Positions 53,224 to 61,100 of a stretch of 64,000 nucleotides of DNA are shown here, piece by piece; positions within the stretch are counted from its first letter, which is position 1; the number at the start of each line of letters is the position of its first letter. The DNA is from an uncultured Gammaproteobacteria bacterium (lineage in GTDB: Bacteria; Patescibacteriota; Patescibacteriia; SBBC01; CAIJZX01). The translations under genes were made by a program, and so were the position numbers. Below the pieces are notes generated by a model. The model saw nothing but the letters and a program-made list of their open reading frames with translations, ran no database searches and was not told the DNA's origin. Location: NCBI GenBank assembly GCA_964397195.1, contig CAYNGY010000002.1:116012-180011 (forward strand). Reading direction: 5' to 3'.

Positions 53224-54914
53224 GGCGTCGTATTGGTATTGATGGTGGAGTCGGTCGCAGTGTTGGTTGTGGTCGTGTTGGTATTAACCGGCGCGTTCAC
53301 GTTGGCCGGTGCATTCACATTACTGTTGGATGTAGTGTTCGTGTTTTTGTTGGTAGTCTTCGAATTTGTATTTTTACTGGTGTTCGTGTTTTTGGATGTA
53401 TTCGTATTTGTACTGCGTGGGGTGACCGTAAAGATCGATTTTGCTGGATTTGGTTGGTCAAGTCCGAGAATGAGGATGATTTTCGGGAGAACGGTTTTCG
53501 AGTTGGTCGTTGCGGGTTCGAGGAACTGCATGATTGAGGTATCACCAGTGGCTTCGGCAAAAACGCTCGGTGAAACAACACGATCGGTGTGTGCATAGGC
53601 TTTGAGAATGGCGATGGTGTTCGGATTTGCGCCGGCGGTCGTATCGATAATGATGGATTTTCCAATCGTGGTGGTCCCGGTTTTAATCGGGAGTGTGTCG
53701 ACGCCGAAGCCGGTAAGCCCCTGATCAAAAGCGGTCGCAACGGCACTGCGTTTCGAGCGATTGAGAATTAAAACCGGAGCGGCTTCTTTCTTGGTCCCCG
53801 CCGCTTCGAAAATGTGGTTGGCGAGGAATTTAACATCCTCGTACGTTCCGGAACGAGGAATAAGAATGTAGGCGCCGCCGCTGCCCGTGGCGGATCGCAA
53901 GAGATTACCGGTTGAGTCATCGAGGACCCAATTAATCATGCCCGGCGCGTCGGCATCCTTGACGATGTTGGCGAGGCGAACCATTTCCCAGACCTCCATA
54001 TTGGTTTGGCTGTGCGTCCCGAGGGCCTGAATGAGGTCGGTAATCTTCACGGGATTAATGAGCGTGCCGATGGATAGTGCCTTCTCACGGATGGCGAGGA
54101 GAATCTTCTGTTGTCTGGCGGCACGGGCAAAATCGGACCCCTCGCCGTTATTCCCATGCCGGGAGCGAGCGAACTTGAGGGCCATATCGCCGTTCATTGT
54201 CTGCGTTCCGGTCTTGAAGCGGAGGGTTTGATAGCCGTAGTTTTCTGTCGGGTAGGAGATATCGGTGAAGGCACGATCGACGGTGACGGTGATGCCGCCA
54301 AGGCGATCGATGATGTCAACAAAGCCATTGAAATCAACGCGGGCGTAATACTGGATCGGAATATTCAACGTGTCGCTCACAACTTTGACGGCAAGGGCTT
54401 CGCCACCACCCGGAAACTTCTGGTCGCGTCCGATGGAGAGGACGCTGTTGATTTTGCGGTAATCGTAGCCGGGAATATTTACTACCAAATCTCGTGGGAT
54501 AGAAAGCATTGCGACTTTTTTGGTGGCGGTCTCATAACTCAGGACAATCATGGTGTCGGTGAGGTACGGGCCGTCGTGTCCGGGTCCGCCGATGCCCATC
54601 AAAAGGACATTGACGCGGCCATCGGCCTCACCCTGAAGTTTCTTGTCTCCCGCCGTGACCAAGCGGGTAATTTGTTGGATCAGTCCAACGCGGCTGTTCG
54701 AATTATCGAGTTTTTGGGTATTGACCGCGGCGATGGCGCGAATGAAAACATACCCAGCCACACCGGCAATGACCAGCAGGACGGTCAGGGAGATCAGGAG
54801 TGGCCGTCGCCAACGACGAACAGGCCGCGCCGGTCGGACAATTTCAGGACGGATGGGGGTAGTTGATTCAACCGGAGTCGGTGAAACCGGCGTATGAGGG
54901 AGTTGCTTGGCCAT
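53220..54914 (-). CDS. LytR-CpsA-Psr (LCP) family protein with Thr/Asn-rich C-terminal tail
   Basis: N-terminal TM helix, the LCP core VNVLLMGIGG...LSIPRDLVVNIPGYDYRKIN, and a C-terminal low-complexity TNTNTSKNTNT tail. Confidence 0.8.
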   Translation of the reverse strand: MAKQLPHTPVSPTPVESTTPIRPEIVRPARPVRRWRRPLLISLTVLLVIAGVAGYVFIRAIAAVNTQKLDNSNSRVGLIQQITRLVTAGDKKLQGEADGRVNVLLMGIGGPGHDGPYLTDTMIVLSYETATKKVAMLSIPRDLVVNIPGYDYRKINSVLSIGRDQKFPGGGEALAVKVVSDTLNIPIQYYARVDFNGFVDIIDRLGGITVTVDRAFTDISYPTENYGYQTLRFKTGTQTMNGDMALKFARSRHGNNGEGSDFARAARQQKILLAIREKALSIGTLINPVKITDLIQALGTHSQTNMEVWEMVRLANIVKDADAPGMINWVLDDSTGNLLRSATGSGGAYILIPRSGTYEDVKFLANHIFEAAGTKKEAAPVLILNRSKRSAVATAFDQGLTGFGVDTLPIKTGTTTIGKSIIIDTTAGANPNTIAILKAYAHTDRVVSPSVFAEATGDTSIMQFLEPATTNSKTVLPKIILILGLDQPNPAKSIFTVTPRSTNTNTSKNTNTSKNTNSKTTNKNTNTTSNSNVNAPANVNAPVNTNTTTTNTATDSTINTNTTP

Positions 54915-55074
54915 TTCTTCCTAGGCAGTATATCCGACGAATGCGTTCGTCGCAATTCAGGAAGGCCATTTTGTGTCCGTCATGGCCGGGAGCAACTTTT
55001 TCTCGGTGTTGGGGTTGGTAAGTGGGGCCAAAAACAGGCCGAACCTTAGCGAAAAACCCGTGACTGACCAATTT

Positions 55075-55102
55075 TGACTTTTCGTATCATTTTCAGTACA
55101 AT
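55075..55102 (+). promoter_or_regulatory. sigma70-like promoter TTGACT-N16-TACAAT
   Basis: It lies about 16 nt upstream of the ATG at 55119 that opens the giant ORF, implying a very short leader. Confidence 0.45.
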
Positions 55103-55118
55103 ATTTTTATCTAATCCG

Positions 55119-58100
55119 ATGCTAAAAGCAAAAAGAATACTGTTGAAATACGACTTTCGATTCCCTGGTCACGAATTGGTCAGGAATTTTTCGTTTTTGG
55201 GGTATTTCGGAACAAAAAAGCGTGACCTTTCGAAGTATCCGAAGTTGTTGACGATTAGCCAGACAGCTAGGATTCTGAATGTGCACCCAAATACGCTCCG
55301 ACTTTGGGATGACCAGGGTCGTTTACGAGCGGTTCGGTTGGGAACACGGCGAGATCGGCGATATGAACAGGCGGCGGTGGCGACGATGTTGGCGAGCCGA
55401 CCGGAATCTCACCTCAGTCTCGTTCGGCGGCGGTGGGCGGAGCGTGTTTTACATCATCGTCTCCTGGTGCAACGTGCGGCGTACGTCACGGCAGCGATTC
55501 TTCTTTTTGCTTGGGGCGGAGCAAGCTTGCAGTCTGCGCTGGCTGATCAGCCGCAGCCGGTGACCGTCCTGATGGCGCCGCAGACCTGCCAGGGATGGTC
55601 AAATGCGCGTGGTGCAATCGGAATTGACGTTGGAGAAGGTAGCGCGCTCGAGAGCTTCACGAGCCGAAATTCGGCGATCTATGATGCGCAGCGATATCAA
55701 GTACGTTCCAACGATGGGGCAGTCGCGACCGGCTCGCTTGATGGTGCGGGTGGTGACATCACTTGTACCCACTTCTCATCGGCCGATCTACCGGCCGGCG
55801 CAACGATTACCTCGGCGTCCGTTCTCGTATCGATGGCGAGTCGTCTTGATGGGAATACGAGCGCTAGTTTTTCTCTCCAAACGAGTGAGGATGGTGCCCA
55901 TTGGACGACCGTTCAGGTCTTACCGGTTTCAGCTGAGGGTGACCGTCGGCAGATCGTAGCGTTGCCGAAGGTTGACGGGAAGACGGTGGCCAACATGGCC
56001 GTGCGCATTGTCCCCGATATTGAGCTAGGGGCGGCCGCGTTTACCACTTGGCTGGATGCTGTCCAGCTCCAGGTGACGGCGACACCACTGGCGAGCTCAA
56101 CGCCGCGGCAGGACGCAAAAGCGCGTCAGGAGCTCAATAAATTAGTGTCTTTTTCCAAGGAAATCTACAAGACTGATGAACATCCGGTGGTCCGAATTCC
56201 GAAATCACACCCGCGGAAATTCATGTTTATCACTACCGGCCAAACGACATGGGGTTTAGTTGATGTCCAATTGGCTGATAGTAGTCAGCGGACATATCCG
56301 GTTGACTATCATGAGCGGGACATTCAAGACGGAACGACGGTCGATACTGACCTGTTGATCAACCCGAAAGACCTGCACCCGGGGAAGTATAAAATCAAGG
56401 TGACGATGCGCAGTTCGGATGGCGGATCGTCGATGGTGGAGAAGGACTTTTTCTGGGGAGTGGTGGCCTTAAACTTTGATCGGGCGGCACCTCAGCAAAA
56501 CGATCGGGAGCGAGTCGGGATGGGTATTCTTGATGATACTGGGCGAACAATTTGTGATGCCGAGGTGACGGTTCAGGTTCGCGATCCGCGCGGCCATACG
56601 ACGACCTATCGGACCAGCAAACGGTCTATCACCAAGAACCCGAATTGTATTGATAAAGGGATTACCAATGAACCGGACTACCACTTTGATTTCACCGTTC
56701 GCCTGGCCGGAACATACCATGTGACACTCCGGGCGAAGACGGACGTTGGTGAGCGGGTCTATGAAGACAATCTTTTTGTGACGAAAGCGTTGCCGTTTGA
56801 TGTTGAACGGAGCGATTACCCGACGCGGATTAACCCGTATGCGGCGTACCCGGTGCGGATCGCCGTGACACCGAGTCGTGACTACGCCGGACCGGTCTAC
56901 GAACGCGTCCCGGCCGACTTTAAGATTTTGAATCTCCAGCCGGAGGCGAAGATTCAGGATGATCCGGCACACCCGGGGATGAAGCGCATCTATTGGCAGG
57001 TCGAATGGAAACGAAACACGACCTACTACCTGTCGTATCGGTTTGTTGCGCCTCCGATTTCGCCGGCGCTCTTCATGACCGGACCGCTTTCGATCGGCGG
57101 GAATGATTTACTCGGCGCTGATTTTATTGAGCCACGACAATGGCAAATCGCTTCCGACTCGATCAGTTCTATTTCTTGGGACGGAAGTGCGAGCAACTTG
57201 TGGTCAAATCCGGCTAACTGGTCGACCAACGTGATTCCGCAAGCAGGTGATAATCTTGTTTTTCCGGCGGGCGCGGCTAACTATTCGAATCAAAACGATC
57301 TGGGTGAAAACTATTGGTTTAACTCCATTACGTTTTACGATTCTGGGTACACACTGAGCGGGAATACGATCATCATGGGCCAGGGGCAAACCACAAACGC
57401 GGTTATTCTGCCTGGTATAACCGATGCCGTCTCAAGTGGCGGAAATACCATTTCTCTGCCCATCCGTCTCGATGCGACGCGTCTCATTACCGTAACGAAT
57501 AGTAGCGAAACGTTAACGATCAGTGGTGCAATTACCGGCGTTGGCGGTCTCTCAAAAGAGGGATTAGGTGATCTCGTTCTGTCCGGGGGAAATACGTATG
57601 GTGGTGTGACGAAGGTGAATGGCGGCGTCTTGAGCGCACGAAACAATACCGCTCTGGGAACGATTGCGCTCGGAACCGAAGTTGTTGGCGAGGCCGCGCT
57701 TGAACTAGAGGGGACGATTGCGATCGGACGTGAGGCGTTGACCTTGCGATCATACGGTCAATCGAATGGTGGCGCGCTTCGAAACGTCCAGAACAACAAT
57801 AGTTTTGACGGACTCATCACGATTGCCGGGACAACCGAGATTGCCTCTGATTCTGGCACGCTGACCCTTAATGGCGGTGTGACCGGAACGTTCAACCTCA
57901 ACCTCGATGGTAGTGGGAATATTTCCTTTGCCAAGGCGCCGATTGCCATTTCGACCGGGCTGCTAACAAAAAACGGCGGCGGGACGACGACCTTCAACTT
58001 TCCGAATACGTATACCGGCGTCACGACCGTCAATGCCGGGACGTTGCTCTACGGGTGCGATAATGCGATTCTGTCCGGTAACATTGTAGTTAATGGCGGG

Positions 58101-61100
58101 ACGCTTGATGTCGCAACGTTCTCGGATATGGTCGGCGCGGTGACGCTTGGGACATTAGCTGGTGGCAGTGCCACGATTACCGGAAGTACGGGCGTATTGA
58201 GCGGTACGTTCGTCGTCTATGCCGGAACAATCAGCGCAATTATCGCTGGTGATGGGACGACGCTGACGAAGCAAACTCCGGGCACTGTCACGTTGACTCG
58301 CGCTAACCAATTTACGGGTGCAGTCACGCTCTCCGTCGGGATTCTTAAAATTCAGGATAATCTTAGCCTGGGGACTACTGACGGTGTTACGACGCTCACA
58401 TCGGGCGCGACGTTGCAAATTGACGGCAACGGACTTTCCGTACCGGAACTCATCTCCGTAGCTGGTTTAGGTCTCAATAATGTCGGTGCGCTCGTCAATT
58501 CGGGCGGAGATAACACCATCACCGGCTTGATAACCATGACGGCGGCTACGACGATTGAATCGGCGGCCAGTACGACCCTGACTATTTCCAATAGCGGCGT
58601 AACCGGCGCCTTTGGGTTAACTGTTGATGGTGATGGTGACACTGTCATTTCGGCGCCAATCAATACTAGTGGCGGGACTCTGACCAAGGATGGTTCTGGC
58701 AACTTAACATTGAGCGCCTACAATCCGTATACGGGTGCGACGGTCATTAACTATGGAAATTTGAGGCTGAACGGTAACGGTACGATCACCACGTCCGCAT
58801 CAATCGACATCAGATCTGGATCCAAGCTGATACTTGATAATTCGTCGACCGTGGCCGACCGCATCGGTGACGCCATTGGTGTCACCATGAACGGCGGAGA
58901 TATGGAATTTTATGGCAACACCAGCACGAGCACCATGGCTACCGCGGGAACGCTCACGTTGAATAGTGGGCAGAATACCATTTCTGTTTTCGCGGCCACG
59001 GGCGGTCCGACCATCCTCCGCTTTGGTTCGTTAGTCCGGACGACTCCTGGAGCTACGGGGTTGTTCCGCGGTACAAGTCTCGGCGCGACGCCAGCTGCGA
59101 ACGTGGCGACACTGTTATTTACGACGGCGCCAACCTTGCTTGGGGACGATGGAGCATCCAATACACCCACCCTCAGCATCATCCCAGGCATTTTCGGCGA
59201 CAACTCAACGGCCGGGACCGGGACGGACATGGTGACCTATGGCCGCGGGAATAACAACGGCGTCCGGTTATTGAACGGCGCTGGGTTTAGTGGTGAGTAC
59301 ACGACCGACCTGACCATGACGAATGCGAATATCAAACTCACAGCCGGTACGGCAGCGGTAACGACGCAAATCAATTCGCTCATCCTTGGTTCAGGCGCGA
59401 GTATCACCAACCCCGGATCTGCGCAGACGATGACGTTTATGTCCGGGAACATTTTGAACCTCCAATCGAGCGGCTCGATTGCTGGAGCAAATACGACCCT
59501 AGCTGGTGGTACGCTTGAATTCATTATCAGGACCCCCCAAGATCTCGACATTTCGGCACTGATTACCACAACCGGCGGGTTGAGTAAGAGTGGATCCGGC
59601 ACGCTGACCTTTTCGAGCTCTAAAACCTACACTGGGTTGACGAGTATTAACGCCGGGACGTTGCTCTATGGAGCCCATAACGCCCTTAGTAATGGCGCCG
59701 TGACCATCAACGATGCAACACTCAATATCGATATTTATAGTGATACCGTCGGGGCCGTGATCGTCCAAGGGGGGACGATTACCGGTGATACCGGTGTTTT
59801 AACGGCGACGTCGTATGATTTTCGCGCGTCGACCGCCAGCGCGTATTTAGACGGGTCTGGTACGCTGACTGTCAGCAATACGAATGAGCGGGTTGACGCC
59901 ACCTCGACCTTCACGAGAGACAATCCATATACGGGGGCAATTTCGGTCGCTTCCGGCGTCCTGAAACTCGGTGCTGACGGTGGTGGCACGAACACACCGC
60001 TGGGGACAACCGCCGCTGGCACGACGGTTTCGAATGGTGCGATGCTTGATTTGAATGGCCATACTCTCGGGATTGCCGAGGCCCTAAACTTCCGAGGAAC
60101 GGGTATTGCCGGTCAAGGCGCGATCATCAACAGCAACGCTTCGGCGGTGACCTACAGCGGTGCTTTAACGATCAGCACCTCGGGACGTATTGGCGCCGAT
60201 TACGGCAAAATTACCATCACGGGCAGTATTTCTGGGACTGGCTTACCGCTGACGGTCGGAGGCTTTGGGGATATTGATATTTCTGGCGCTATCAGTACTG
60301 GTACCTCAGGTTCCGTTACGAAAGATGGTTTTGGAACCTACACACCGTCGAACGGGAACTCGACCTATACCGGCGCAACAACCATCAGCGCTGGCAAGTT
60401 GAAGTTGGGAGCGGCTTCGGTTGGCGGTACAAACTCTCCCTTGGGTACAGCGGGCGGTGCAACCGCCGTCACCGCCGGTGCAACCCTTGATCTGAACGGC
60501 TACACGCTGGGAATAGCTGAAGCGATTACGAACCTGAATGGTGTTGGTGGCGGGAGTGGTGATTTCGCCCCCGGCGCACTGATTAATAGCTCAGGTACGC
60601 CGGTCACCTTTACCGGGACGATTACGATTGCGGCGGGGACGATGATTCGGGCCGATTCTGGGGCGATGACGTTGAGCGCTATTTCGGGTACGAACGCCGC
60701 ACTGATCCTCGCCGGAAACGGCGGCGGAACGGTGGGCGGTGTGATCGGGACTGGTACTGGGACGCTCTCAAAACTCGATAGTGGCACATGGAATCTGGCC
60801 GGGTCGAGCACCTATACCGGCGCGACATTCATTTACCAGGGCACAATCCAGCTCGGCGCGACCGGTGGGGCAGCCAATACTCCCCTTGGGACGACCGGTA
60901 CGGGGACAACCGTGTATAGCGGTGGCGTACTTGATTTAAATGGTTTTACACTCGGGACGCTTGAGGCGTTTACATTAAACGGATTTGGTATTGCCGACGG
61001 CGGTTGCGTGGTCAACAGCTCTGGTAACCCGAATTTTTCCGGCAACCGGACACTGGGCTCCGATATTCGGGTCACGAATACGAGCGGCAGCGCACTTATT